Below are positions 17,715-27,834 of a stretch of 64,000 bases of DNA, piece by piece. Source of the DNA: Oscillospiraceae bacterium (GTDB lineage: Bacteria > Bacillota > Clostridia > Monoglobales > Monoglobaceae); the NCBI GenBank assembly GCA_015068605.1, contig SVKF01000004.1:41949-105948 (forward strand). Reading direction: 5' to 3'. The notes under the pieces are model-generated. The model was not told the DNA's origin. It ran no database searches and saw only the letters and a list, made by a program, of their open reading frames with translations. Position numbers and translations under genes: made by a program. How positions within the stretch are numbered: position 1 is the first letter of the stretch; every line of letters begins with the position of its first letter.

Positions 17715-18896
17715 TTAAAACAATCCTTTATCAGCTTTACATTGCATAATTTTCATTACGCTTTCATCAATACGACTTTCCGCAATTTCACCACTTTTAA
17801 CCGCATCATAAATAGCCTTATACGCAATTTTAAAATCATTTGGCATAAGTAACATATCAACCCCTGCCTTAACCGCTTCTTTAGCCGCATCTGCCGAAGT
17901 ATACCAATTCTTAACAGCGCCATCCGTTAACGGAGCTGTTATTATAATACCCGTATAACCTAATTCCTCTTTCAAAAGCTCAGTTACAATCTTATAGGAA
18001 AATGGAGCAGGATTGTCAGGGTCAAGATTTTTCGCCTTGATATTTCCAACCATAATAAAATCAACATCAGCCTCTATTCCCTTTTTAAAAGGAGCCAGCT
18101 CCTCAGACTTTATATCTTTGGCGGATCTGTTATTTTTAACATAATCAAGCTCTGTTCCGCCTTCCGTATATCCTTGTCCGGGGAAATGCTTAAGTGTTGC
18201 AGAAATGCCCTTTTCCTGCATTCCCATAACATACTGTTCAACCTTTTTTGATACAGAATTATAGTCATTTCCAAAGGAACGCAAGCCAATAACATTGACG
18301 CACTCATCACCGATTACATCAGAAACCGGAGCAAAATTCATGTTAAGCCCAAGCTCTGCCAGTTTTTCACCTATTATGCCGCCTATTTCATAAGCACGGT
18401 CATAATCCGAAACATCAGCCATCATTTCTATTTCTTCAAGCCCCATTGAGGAATTATCGCCTATAACCGTATTACTTCCGCCCTCTTCAAAAACTCCGAG
18501 GAACATCGGGAATTTCGCATACTCCTGCGATTTTCCGAGCAAGGATTTCGCCTGCTCGGGAGTTTGAAGATTATGTGAAGAATAGACAATTCCCCCAACA
18601 GGATACTTTTCAATCATTTCCTTGGTCGTCGCTCCTGCCTGAATTACCTCTCCAACACCCGTTAACTGTTCGGGAGTTACATAAAACATCTGATATATTT
18701 TCTCTTCAAGGGTCATACTTTTTACCTTTTGCTTGACCTCATCGCTTATCTCCTTAACAGGAACGTTGCCGGGCTTTTCATTTTGAACAAGCGGCTCAGG
18801 AGTCACTTGTTCAAAATACGGGCATCTGTTAAACAAATAAACCGAGCAAAAAACAATAAGTATTGTCACTATAACATATTTGGCTATATTTTTCAT
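17715..18896 (-). CDS. Glycoside hydrolase family 3 (NagZ/YbbD-like) protein with divergent catalytic positions
   Basis: N-terminal TM/signal segment. NFAPVSDV, RSFG and KHFPGQG (consensus KHFPGHG) are present. See the findings for the apparent loss of the Asp nucleophile. Confidence 0.75.
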   Translation of the reverse strand: MKNIAKYVIVTILIVFCSVYLFNRCPYFEQVTPEPLVQNEKPGNVPVKEISDEVKQKVKSMTLEEKIYQMFYVTPEQLTGVGEVIQAGATTKEMIEKYPVGGIVYSSHNLQTPEQAKSLLGKSQEYAKFPMFLGVFEEGGSNTVIGDNSSMGLEEIEMMADVSDYDRAYEIGGIIGEKLAELGLNMNFAPVSDVIGDECVNVIGLRSFGNDYNSVSKKVEQYVMGMQEKGISATLKHFPGQGYTEGGTELDYVKNNRSAKDIKSEELAPFKKGIEADVDFIMVGNIKAKNLDPDNPAPFSYKIVTELLKEELGYTGIIITAPLTDGAVKNWYTSADAAKEAVKAGVDMLLMPNDFKIAYKAIYDAVKSGEIAESRIDESVMKIMQCKADKGLF

Positions 18897-18930
18897 ATCA
18901 ATATCCTTGTTTCAGAAATTTTAATTAATA

Positions 18931-21063
18931 CTATTCTGCATACACCTCTGCATAGTCTTCTGCAACCATCTCGTCTGTCGCCGTTTCACTCTCCTTACGA
19001 CGCACTTCCACACTCTGAGAGCCACCGCCGAAGTAGCTTTCAAGTTCATCCATTGTTAAATCGAAAACCTTAATCTTATCTCTCTTCTTAATCTTAACAT
19101 CAGCAGTTTGAGAAATGGAAAGTGATACTTTAACAGTTATATCATACTCAATATCCTCATATATTCCGGCATCAGATTGATATAACTCCTCAACATTATA
19201 ATCATCATAAGCACTTTCAAGCCAGCTGTCATAGGACTCATAATCACTGTCAAACGCTTCGCCTTGTTCCTTATACCACTCAATAAAGCTGCTATAGTTT
19301 GAATCCCTCATATAAGCTCTGCGCAGTTCATTATATTTCTCTCCTCTTATGTGGTCTTCATACATTGACTCCGCCTCATAAGAATCCACAAATGAATCAT
19401 TAAACCATTCATCATACTCAACGGAATATACATATCTGATGCTTCTTCCGCTCAAAGCTTTTCCATTGCTGTAGATGTTATCTATTGTAAGATTAAACTT
19501 ATCCCCTTTTGAGCATTTACCTTTAACCTTGATTACTTCTTTTCCGTCATCAAGGAGAGCCGCACTAAACTTGCCGCTGTCAAAGTTAAACTCCATCTCG
19601 CCCTTGATTATTTTTTTCTCGTCCTCTCCGTAGTGGTTAACAACTTTAAGGTTGGCAAAAATAACACTGTCTTCACTTGCCCAGTTAGCTTCAAATTCAA
19701 GCTTAAATTCATCTTCAAGCTCAACAACCATTCCATTTAAAATATGCTTTTTGTCAGGGAATGTAATTTTCAGCTCTTCACCTTCAATTTCAATCACTAT
19801 GCCAACAATTCTGCCGCTATATTCTATAAGAGATATATCCGCTTCCTCGTCCTCTAAGTCATCCCCATATTTATCTAATGTATTCTCCATTTCCTCGATT
19901 GTCGGATCCAACATATCCTCCGCAGAATCTCCGTATGTTTCTTCCAAAATTCCGCTATTCTTTGTTTCTTCCAACAAATCTATATAGAACTCCAAAAAGT
20001 CTTTTGCGGTTACAGTAACGGTTATTTCCTTCGCACTAACCTCATCTTCACCCATTTGAAAATCTATTGATTTTCTGTCACTCATTTTGCACTTTCCAAG
20101 AAATTCAATAAAAACTTCCTTATATATGTCAAGCAGTTCTTCTGCTTTTTCACCAGTTTCTTTATTAAAAAGCTTTGAATATGATAAATCAAGACCTTTA
20201 ACCATATCCTTCTCATCGCTTGACAACTCGTCGCCTATGTCACTCTTTACAAGGGCTTCTCCAAAATTCGGGGAAGGAACGACAAAATCTTTTCCGTTAA
20301 ACTTTTCAATTTTTTCATTTACTTCGTCCGGACATTTATCTATATCCACACCTGCTCCAATCTGAGAATCATTAAGATATGCCTGCGCATTTCCTGACAC
20401 TTTTTCTCCCTCTGCTTCTATGGTGAAATCAACTGTTCCGGCAAGCTCCTTCGCATCTGCATTATTTGCTAATTTTGCATCAGCCTTGATTTTCATACCT
20501 TCATCATAATCGTGCTTAATGTCAAGAGTTCCGCCAATAGTGAAATTTTCATCAGATTTAACTACAAATCCGATTATATTTTCCTGAATATCATCATAAT
20601 CCTCAATAACATCATCAAATGTATCTTTCAGCAACATCCCCACATACTTTTCCGGAGCCAAAGCATAAAGAAGCGGTCTCCACACGAAAAAGCCGACAAT
20701 GGTCAACACAGCTACCGCAGACGCAATTATAGCGATAATCTTTCCCTTGCCCATTTTCTTCTTTTCAGGTTTATTTTCTGTCACAATACCGACACCGTCT
20801 GCCACTTGCTCTTGCTGATTGGTATACCGGCTGTTTTGCTGATTATTGCCTGTATCATTTGCCGACAAATCCTCATAAACCGCCGTTGATTGATTATTAT
20901 TACTGTTGTAATTAGACTGAAACGCAGCTTGATTTTGTTGATTTGCGTTCCCGTTAGCTACCGTGTTATTCGCATAGCTTGTTCCTGTGCCGCATTCCGC
21001 ACCGCACTCCGTACAAAATTTCACTCCATCCGAAATCTCTTTTCCGCATTTATTACAAAACAT
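18931..21063 (-). CDS. Zinc-ribbon / N,Q-rich / single-TM protein with a large acidic extracytoplasmic domain; function unknown
   Basis: MFCNKCGKEISDGVKFCTECG zinc ribbon, N/Q-rich tract, TM helix IIAIIASAVAVLTIVGFFVW, then about 580 aa rich in D/E. I recognise no domain. Confidence 0.7.
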   Translation of the reverse strand: MFCNKCGKEISDGVKFCTECGAECGTGTSYANNTVANGNANQQNQAAFQSNYNSNNNQSTAVYEDLSANDTGNNQQNSRYTNQQEQVADGVGIVTENKPEKKKMGKGKIIAIIASAVAVLTIVGFFVWRPLLYALAPEKYVGMLLKDTFDDVIEDYDDIQENIIGFVVKSDENFTIGGTLDIKHDYDEGMKIKADAKLANNADAKELAGTVDFTIEAEGEKVSGNAQAYLNDSQIGAGVDIDKCPDEVNEKIEKFNGKDFVVPSPNFGEALVKSDIGDELSSDEKDMVKGLDLSYSKLFNKETGEKAEELLDIYKEVFIEFLGKCKMSDRKSIDFQMGEDEVSAKEITVTVTAKDFLEFYIDLLEETKNSGILEETYGDSAEDMLDPTIEEMENTLDKYGDDLEDEEADISLIEYSGRIVGIVIEIEGEELKITFPDKKHILNGMVVELEDEFKLEFEANWASEDSVIFANLKVVNHYGEDEKKIIKGEMEFNFDSGKFSAALLDDGKEVIKVKGKCSKGDKFNLTIDNIYSNGKALSGRSIRYVYSVEYDEWFNDSFVDSYEAESMYEDHIRGEKYNELRRAYMRDSNYSSFIEWYKEQGEAFDSDYESYDSWLESAYDDYNVEELYQSDAGIYEDIEYDITVKVSLSISQTADVKIKKRDKIKVFDLTMDELESYFGGGSQSVEVRRKESETATDEMVAEDYAEVYAE

Positions 21064-21141
21064 AATACACCCTCCTGTGTATGTAAGATATAAAATAATT
21101 CTACAACATTATTTTTCCCTTGTCAATAAAATTTGACAATA

Positions 21142-22521
21142 TTAGTCCAAATTCTCTTGAATTTTGGCTACTTCAAGCATTATAGCACACTCTATTCTCT
21201 TTTTGAAGAGTCTGCAACCATATTCATATATTCCCTTTATTGAGCCTGTTGCGTGATAAGCATTTGCCGCACAACCTCCGCTGCAATAAAGCTTCGCCCA
21301 GCAATCCTTACACTCTTCTCTCGCATAGGCATTGCAAAGCTTAAATTCATCGCGAACTTCTGTATTGGTAACACCCTTCCATATATCACCCATACTGTAT
21401 TTTTCGTCGCCCACGAACTGGTGACAAGGGAAAAGCTCTCCCCACGGAGTCACTGCCATATATTCAGTTCCCGAACCGCAACCCGATATTCTTTTATAGA
21501 TACAAGGTCCGCCTGAGAGGTTTATCATGTAGTGATAGAAAGTAAAGCCTCTTTTTTCACGGCTTCTTTTCAGCATTTCCTCCGCAAGAATTTCATACTG
21601 TCTGTATAAAATCGGTAAATCCTCTTCCGTTAAAGCATAAGGGTCATCAGGAGCACACACAACAGGCTCCATGGAAAGCTCGTTAAATCCCATATCTGCC
21701 ATGTGGAATATATCATTCGTAAAATCTGTATTATTATGAGTGAATGTTCCTCTCATATAATAGCCCTTATTTCCGCGTTTTTCCACAAATTCCCTAAACT
21801 TCGGAAGAATTATATCATAGCTTCCTTGCCCGTTTACGGTTTTTCTGAGGCTGTCGTGGATTTCCTTTCTTCCGTCAAGGCTCAAAACAACATTGTGCAT
21901 TTCCTTATTGGCAAACTCAATAACCTCGTCGTCTATTAAAACGCCGTTTGTTGTAAGGGTAAATCTGAAATTTTTATTGTGCTCTTTTTCAATGCTTCTG
22001 GCATAATTCACGATTTCCTTGCAAACATCCCAGTTCATAAGAGGCTCTCCGCCGAAAAAGTCCACTTCGAGGTTTTTACGGTTACCCGAATTTTCGATAA
22101 GAAAATCAATGGCTCTTTTTCCAACCTCAAGACTCATCAAGGCTCTGTCGCCATGGTATTTCCCTTGACTTGCAAAACAGTAATCACAGTTTAAGTTGCA
22201 GGTGTGAGCCGTATGTAAACACAGCGCCTTAATATCCGTATGACGGTTTTTAAGGTCAAAAGCTTTATCCGCATAGACATCTTCGGAATACAGCTTTCCG
22301 TCTTTTTTCAGCTCGTCAATATCCTCAAAAATCTCGTCAATATCCTTTTGAGTTATATTTTCAGCTTTGTATTTTTCAAGAACAATAGCCGAAACCTCGT
22401 CCCTTGATTTTTCCTCCAAAAGTTCTATAACATCATAGGAAACATCATCAACAAGGTGCACCGCTCCGCTGAAAACATCCAAAACAATATTATATCCGTT
22501 TAGTTTATACTGGTGTGTCAT
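21142..22521 (-). CDS. scfB: SCIFF radical SAM/SPASM peptide maturase
   Basis: CNLNCDYCF (Cx3Cx2C). C-terminal SPASM cysteines CKDCWAKLYCSGGCAANA. Sits directly downstream of a SCIFF precursor gene. Confidence 0.92.
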   Translation of the reverse strand: MTHQYKLNGYNIVLDVFSGAVHLVDDVSYDVIELLEEKSRDEVSAIVLEKYKAENITQKDIDEIFEDIDELKKDGKLYSEDVYADKAFDLKNRHTDIKALCLHTAHTCNLNCDYCFASQGKYHGDRALMSLEVGKRAIDFLIENSGNRKNLEVDFFGGEPLMNWDVCKEIVNYARSIEKEHNKNFRFTLTTNGVLIDDEVIEFANKEMHNVVLSLDGRKEIHDSLRKTVNGQGSYDIILPKFREFVEKRGNKGYYMRGTFTHNNTDFTNDIFHMADMGFNELSMEPVVCAPDDPYALTEEDLPILYRQYEILAEEMLKRSREKRGFTFYHYMINLSGGPCIYKRISGCGSGTEYMAVTPWGELFPCHQFVGDEKYSMGDIWKGVTNTEVRDEFKLCNAYAREECKDCWAKLYCSGGCAANAYHATGSIKGIYEYGCRLFKKRIECAIMLEVAKIQENLD

Positions 22522-22535
22522 AATTATAACCTTTC

Positions 22536-22571
22536 AAAAAAACAGAGCCATAGCCCCAAATGCTACAGCTC
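22536..22571 (-). terminator. Strand-specific hairpin plus U-run between scfA and scfB (partial terminator / attenuator candidate)
   Basis: Minus-strand RNA is GAGCUGUAGC-AUUUGGG-GCUAUGGCUC-UGUUUUUUU: 10 bp including two G-U pairs. On the plus strand those pairs would be C-A mismatches. Confidence 0.55.
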
Positions 22572-22590
22572 CTGAATTTTAACTTTCAAA

Positions 22591-22743
22591 TTATTTGCTG
22601 CTTACGCACTTTTCACATTCCTGATTAGCAACACCGCAGGATGTTTTGCAAGCAGACTGACATGATGTCTGGCATTCGCCGCAACCGCCGTCTTTAACGC
22701 TCTTTGAAAGATCACGTGTCTTAATAGTCTGAATTCTGTTCAT
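22591..22743 (-). CDS. scfA: Six-cysteine peptide SCIFF (RiPP precursor)
   Basis: MNRIQTIKTRDLSKSVKDGGCGECQTSCQSACKTSCGVANQECEKC carries the canonical GGCGECQTSCQSACKTSC core. AAGGAG lies 9 nt before the ATG at 22743; the track ORF is extended to 22794. Confidence 0.93.
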   Translation of the reverse strand: MNRIQTIKTRDLSKSVKDGGCGECQTSCQSACKTSCGVANQECEKCVSSK

Positions 22744-22852
22744 TTTAAGCATCTCCTTATAAAATAACAAATTTTTAAATATTATACCACACAATTTTCC
22801 CTATGTCAACATTTTAAATATTTTTTATTTAGTATATTCTGCTGTCCACACC

Positions 22853-22881
22853 TTGACATTTTCCATTCATATGTATATAAT
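22853..22881 (+). promoter_or_regulatory. Consensus sigma-A promoter upstream of the glutamine synthetase gene
   Basis: TTGACA (22853-22858), 17 nt spacer, TATAAT (22876-22881). Confidence 0.6.
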
Positions 22882-22917
22882 GTATATAGTTATGTGTATA
22901 TTTAAGGAGAGATTTTG

Positions 22918-25011
22918 ATGAGTAGTGTTACTGAAATTTTCGGCTCAATGGTGTTTGATGATTCTGTTATGAGACAGCGTCTTTCCGAAGACACCTACAA
23001 AGCTATGCAAAAGACTATACAGGACGGACGAAAGCTTGATATCACCATTGCTAACAGTGTTGCAAACGCCATGAAAGATTGGGCAATAGAAAAAGGTGCA
23101 ACTCATTTTACTCATTGGTTCCAGCCTCTTACAGGCTTTACGGCAGAGAAGCATGACAGCTTCATAAGTCCCACAAAGGACGGAAAAATTATTATGGAAT
23201 TTTCCGGCAAAGAGCTTGTTAAGGGTGAATCGGATGCTTCTTCTTTCCCGTCAGGCGGACTTCGGGCTACCTTTGAGGCAAGAGGCTACACAGCATGGGA
23301 TGCTACATCCTACGCATTTATAAAAGATGATACCCTTTGTATTCCGACGGCATTCTGCTCATTCGGAGGCGAGGCTCTTGATATGAAAACACCGCTCCTT
23401 CGTTCCATGGAGCTTATCAACAAACAGTCACTTCGTGTTTTAAAGCTTTTCGGCAACGAAAATGTTACATCCGTTAAAACAACGGTTGGTCCTGAACAGG
23501 AATATTTCCTTATTCCGAGGGAGCTTTACGAGGCAAGAAAAGACCTTGTTTATACAGGCAGAACTTTATTTGGTGCTAAACCGCCGAAGGGTCAGGAGCT
23601 TGACGACCATTATTACGGTCAGATTAAGCCTCGTGTTAAGGCATATATGAAAGACCTTAACAAAGAGCTTTGGAAACTTGGTATTTTAGCTAAAACAGAG
23701 CATAACGAAGGTGCTCCCGCTCAGCATGAGCTTGCGCCTATATTTGCAACAACAAACATTGCCTGCGACCACAATCAGCTTACTATGGAGATTATGCAAA
23801 AGGTTGCAAAGAAACACGACCTTATCTGTCTGCTTCACGAAAAGCCCTTTGAGGGCGTTAACGGAAGTGGTAAGCATAACAACTGGTCTCTTTCAACCAA
23901 CACGGGCGTTAATCTTTTAGACCCGGGCGAAACGCCTTATGAGAATGCACAGTTCCTTTTATTCCTCTGCGCTGTTATTAAGGCTGTTGACGAATATCAG
24001 GATTTGCTCCGCGCATCTGTTGCCAGTGCAGGAAATGACCATCGTTTGGGAGCACACGAAGCACCGCCTGCAGTTGTTTCCATGTTCCTTGGTGACGAGC
24101 TTAACGAGGTTTTAGACGCTATCGAACGGGGAAAAGAATACGACTCAAAAGAAAAGACTCTTATGAAAATCGGAGTTCACACTCTTCCGAGATTCTCAAA
24201 AGATACAACTGACCGAAACAGAACAAGTCCGTTCGCATTTACCAATAATAAATTCGAGTTCAGAATGCTTGGCTCATCCCTTTCTGTTACGGGACCAAAT
24301 TTTGTTATAAATACTGCTGTTGCTGATGTTTTGGAGGGATTTGCGGATATTCTCGAAAACGCAACTGACTTTGAAACAACTTTAAACGAGCTTATTATCG
24401 ACACAATCAAGAAACACAAGAGAATTATATTTAACGGTAACGGATATGACGATGCGTGGCTCCTTGAAGCCGAAAAGAGAGGGCTTTCCAACCTACCCAC
24501 AACGCCCGATGCTCTTCCTGCTCTTATTTCCGAAAAAAATATTGAGTTATTCTCAAAGCATAAGGTTTTGAGCGAGGTTGAGCTTCGTGCAAGATACGAA
24601 ATCAATCTTGAGAACTACTGTAAAATAATTAATATTGAAGCGCTCACTATGATTGAAATGGTTAAAAGGGATATTCTTCCTGCCGTTTCCGCATACGGAA
24701 GAGAGCTTACGGATGTTATCCTTTCCAAAAAGGGAGTGTCTTCCGCTCTTGACTGTTCTTACGAAGAAGAAACCGCAACATCAGTTTCCTGTCTTACAGG
24801 GGAGCTTTTTGCAAACATAAAGAAGCTTGATAAAATTGTTTCCGAATCCGAAAGCATTACCGATATGAGCAAGCTTTCTTTCTTCTGCAAGGACAGCATT
24901 ATTCCTGCAATGAAGGCTGTCCGTGAAGTCACAGATGCATTGGAAGTTGTTACGGCTTCCGAATTTTGGCCTTATCCGACTTACGGAGACCTTTTATTCG
25001 GAGTCAGATAA
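22918..25011 (+). CDS. glnN: Glutamine synthetase, type III
   Basis: About 697 aa. N-terminus [22 protein letters not shown] and overall length are typical of [18 protein letters not shown] catalytic block. AAGGAG lies upstream of the ATG at 22918. Confidence 0.92.
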   Translation: MSSVTEIFGSMVFDDSVMRQRLSEDTYKAMQKTIQDGRKLDITIANSVANAMKDWAIEKGATHFTHWFQPLTGFTAEKHDSFISPTKDGKIIMEFSGKELVKGESDASSFPSGGLRATFEARGYTAWDATSYAFIKDDTLCIPTAFCSFGGEALDMKTPLLRSMELINKQSLRVLKLFGNENVTSVKTTVGPEQEYFLIPRELYEARKDLVYTGRTLFGAKPPKGQELDDHYYGQIKPRVKAYMKDLNKELWKLGILAKTEHNEGAPAQHELAPIFATTNIACDHNQLTMEIMQKVAKKHDLICLLHEKPFEGVNGSGKHNNWSLSTNTGVNLLDPGETPYENAQFLLFLCAVIKAVDEYQDLLRASVASAGNDHRLGAHEAPPAVVSMFLGDELNEVLDAIERGKEYDSKEKTLMKIGVHTLPRFSKDTTDRNRTSPFAFTNNKFEFRMLGSSLSVTGPNFVINTAVADVLEGFADILENATDFETTLNELIIDTIKKHKRIIFNGNGYDDAWLLEAEKRGLSNLPTTPDALPALISEKNIELFSKHKVLSEVELRARYEINLENYCKIINIEALTMIEMVKRDILPAVSAYGRELTDVILSKKGVSSALDCSYEEETATSVSCLTGELFANIKKLDKIVSESESITDMSKLSFFCKDSIIPAMKAVREVTDALEVVTASEFWPYPTYGDLLFGVR

Positions 25012-25045
25012 ATTACATTAAAATACTTAATTGGGGGAAATTGAA

Positions 25046-25873
25046 ATGGATATTACACTTGCGGTTATGGCGGCAGGAATGGGTAGCAGATTCGGCGGAC
25101 TTAAACAGATTGAGCCTGTCGGTCCTAACGGAGAGGTACTTTTAGATTACTCTGTTTATGATGCAATAAAAGAAGGCTATTCAAAAATCGTCTTCATTAT
25201 AAAACGCGAAATCGAAAAGGATTTTCGTGAAATTGTCGGAAACAGAATTGAAAAAATCATTGATGTTGACTATGCCTTCCAGAGCATTGACGATATTCCC
25301 GTTAAAAGAGCTGAGTTTTCCGAAAGGCAAAAGCCTTGGGGAACAGGTCAGGCAATCTTGTCTGCAAAAAATGTTATTGACACTCCGTTTGTGGTGCTTA
25401 ATGCTGATGATTTTTACGGGCGCAATGCATTCCGTGTTATTGGCGATTACCTCAAAGAAACGGGGAAATACTGTCTTGCAGGCTATCGCCTTGAAGACAC
25501 ATTAACCGATAACGGGACAGTTACGCGCGGCATATGTGCCGTTAAAGACGGATACCTTGAAACAATTAAAGAATGCTATGATATTGACCAAAATTCCGGC
25601 ATAGATTTAAATTCGGTTTGTTCAATGAATATGTGGGGGCTGGAAACGGGTATCTTTGATGTTTTAGAGGACGGCTTTCATAATTTTTTGACAAATCTCG
25701 ACAATCCCCTCAAGGGAGAATATCTTATCCCAAATGTTATGAACACTCTTGCACAAAGCGGCACAAAAATCAAGGTTTTAAACGCTGACTCAAAATGGCT
25801 TGGTATGACCTATCGTGAGGATTTGCCTGCCGTTCGCCAAGAGCTTGAAAGCTTAAAAAATCTTTATCTTTAG
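25046..25873 (+). CDS. Sugar-phosphate nucleotidyltransferase family protein
   Basis: N-terminal AAGMGSRFGGLKQ, a G-x-G-x-R NTP-transferase loop. Substrate not assignable by eye. Confidence 0.7.
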   Translation: MDITLAVMAAGMGSRFGGLKQIEPVGPNGEVLLDYSVYDAIKEGYSKIVFIIKREIEKDFREIVGNRIEKIIDVDYAFQSIDDIPVKRAEFSERQKPWGTGQAILSAKNVIDTPFVVLNADDFYGRNAFRVIGDYLKETGKYCLAGYRLEDTLTDNGTVTRGICAVKDGYLETIKECYDIDQNSGIDLNSVCSMNMWGLETGIFDVLEDGFHNFLTNLDNPLKGEYLIPNVMNTLAQSGTKIKVLNADSKWLGMTYREDLPAVRQELESLKNLYL

Positions 25874-25882
25874 GAGAAAATT

Positions 25883-26743
25883 ATGTCAAAACTTATAACT
25901 ATTTCAAATGATATACTTAAAGCCTCAATTTCGACATTTGGTGCAGAGCTTTCAAGTGTTATCAAAGACGGAAAAGAGATTATATGGCAAGCTGACCCAA
26001 ATGTATGGGCTGAGCAGTGTCCTATCCTCTTCCCCATCTGCGGTGGCTTAAAAGAGGATAAATATATATATGACGGAAAGGAATACACTCTTCCAAAACA
26101 TGGATTTGCAAAACTTTCTGAATTTGAGGTTGAAAGTGTTACGGATACAAAAGCGGTTTTCCTCCTCCGTTCAAACGAAGAAACTCTGAAAAATTATCCC
26201 TTTGAATTTGAGTTTCGTGCGATTTTTGAGCTTGACGGCGAAAAGCTCTTAACAACCTATGAAACAAAAAATCTTTCTGATAGGGATATGTATTTTTCCG
26301 TTGGAGGTCACGAAGGCTATTCCTGCCCCAACGGAATTGAAGAATACAGTATTATCTTTGAAAAGCCGGAAAAACTTGAACGTAACACTTTACAAGGATG
26401 TTTTCTCAAAGACGAAAAAGAAGATCTCGGAATTTTAGACGAAGTTACAGAACTCCCTCTAAAATATGATTATTTCATACTCGAAGCCATTGTGCTTACT
26501 GATTTGAATTCCAGAAAGGTTACCCTTTTAAACAGAAACACAAAAGAGGAAATCACGGTTGAATTTCCAAACCACGATTATTTTCTTATCTGGACAAAAC
26601 CCGGTGCAAAATGTGTTTGCCTTGAACCGTGGTGCGGTCTTCCTGATTTCATCGGAAGCAATTTTGAAATTGCCGAAAAGCGTGGCATAATCACTCTCCC
26701 GTCAGGAGAAACCGATACAAGAAATCATATTATAACATTTTAG
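25883..26743 (+). CDS. Aldose 1-epimerase family protein (LacX-like)
   Basis: About 286 aa. FPICGG, GFAK, GGHEG and EPW blocks are typical of small mutarotase-fold proteins. Confidence 0.75.
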   Translation: MSKLITISNDILKASISTFGAELSSVIKDGKEIIWQADPNVWAEQCPILFPICGGLKEDKYIYDGKEYTLPKHGFAKLSEFEVESVTDTKAVFLLRSNEETLKNYPFEFEFRAIFELDGEKLLTTYETKNLSDRDMYFSVGGHEGYSCPNGIEEYSIIFEKPEKLERNTLQGCFLKDEKEDLGILDEVTELPLKYDYFILEAIVLTDLNSRKVTLLNRNTKEEITVEFPNHDYFLIWTKPGAKCVCLEPWCGLPDFIGSNFEIAEKRGIITLPSGETDTRNHIITF

Positions 26744-26744
26744 C

Positions 26745-27728
26745 TTATTTGTATCTGTCTATGTCGGAAAATTCTATTCCCTCGTGGACAGATATATTTA
26801 TTCCGTTGGCTATTACCCGGGAAATATCTTCGATAACTTTGTCTATTTCCTTCGGTGTGACAATAAAATCGCCTATATTATCCGAAAGAGTCTGCTTTAT
26901 AAGAGCATACTTATCCTCCGTGGATATTGTTTCAAGCATCTTATAAAGAGGCTCGTTTTCTTTTGCGTTTTCCTTCAAATCCCCGATAAGAAAATCTATG
27001 CTGTCCCCCGTTATGGTTGCCGCATCCACAACCGTTGGTACTCCAATCGCAATAACCGGTATTCCCAAAGTTTCCTTATTAAGAGCCATTCTGTTATTCC
27101 CTATTCCCGCTCCGGGAGTTATTCCCGTATCCGATATTTGAATTGTTTTGTTTATCCTTTTCATACTCCGTGAGCACAGGGCATCAATGACTATCAACAG
27201 TGACGGCTTGACTTTTTCGCATATTCCCCTTACAATCTCCCCTGTTTCAATGCCCGTTATTCCGAGAACACCCGGCGCAATAGCGCAAAGAGGACGAAGT
27301 CGCTCATCTATTTCCTCGGGAATATATCTTATCAAATGCCTTGTGACAAGCAGAGAATCAATAACCGCCGGTCCTAAAGCATCGGGAGTTACATTTCTGT
27401 TTCCCAGCCCCACCGCCAGAACAAGACTCTTTTCTTTTTGCGGAATGAGATTCATGAGTTCCTTTGCCACAATTCTGCATACTTCCTCATAAATTGTTTG
27501 TTCTCCGTAAATTTCCGAAGGAATATCTATTGTTATATAATTCCCCTGCGGTTTATTAAGGCATTCCGCTCCCTTTGAAGAAACAATTTTAACCCGTGTT
27601 ACTGTTGTGTTTTCAAGTGGATTTGACACATCAACCTCAACCCCATCTATCTCGCCTTCAATTTTTGACGCTTCCATATACATTGTCCTTGCTTCAAGTG
27701 CAATATCTGTTCTTGCCGTATATGTCAT
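26745..27728 (-). CDS. gpr: Germination protease (GPR endopeptidase)
   Basis: MTYTARTDIALEA N-terminus, GLGN..TPDALGP, VIAIGVPTVVDA. AGGAG lies before the ATG at 27728. Confidence 0.9.
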   Translation of the reverse strand: MTYTARTDIALEARTMYMEASKIEGEIDGVEVDVSNPLENTTVTRVKIVSSKGAECLNKPQGNYITIDIPSEIYGEQTIYEEVCRIVAKELMNLIPQKEKSLVLAVGLGNRNVTPDALGPAVIDSLLVTRHLIRYIPEEIDERLRPLCAIAPGVLGITGIETGEIVRGICEKVKPSLLIVIDALCSRSMKRINKTIQISDTGITPGAGIGNNRMALNKETLGIPVIAIGVPTVVDAATITGDSIDFLIGDLKENAKENEPLYKMLETISTEDKYALIKQTLSDNIGDFIVTPKEIDKVIEDISRVIANGINISVHEGIEFSDIDRYK

Positions 27729-27834
27729 ATAATCACTCCTATTGCGTATAATATATAAAAAATTATTCTTATTATACCCTAAAAGGATTGACATATCCTG
27801 TGAAAAAATGTATACTTATACGAGGTGATTATTT

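Noticed and set aside
22795-22917. GlnR/TnrA box (TGTNA-N7-TNACA) upstream of the type III glutamine synthetase gene
   Set aside because: TGTCAACATTTTAAATA and TGTCCACACCTTGACAT both fail the second half-site, so there is no convincing match.
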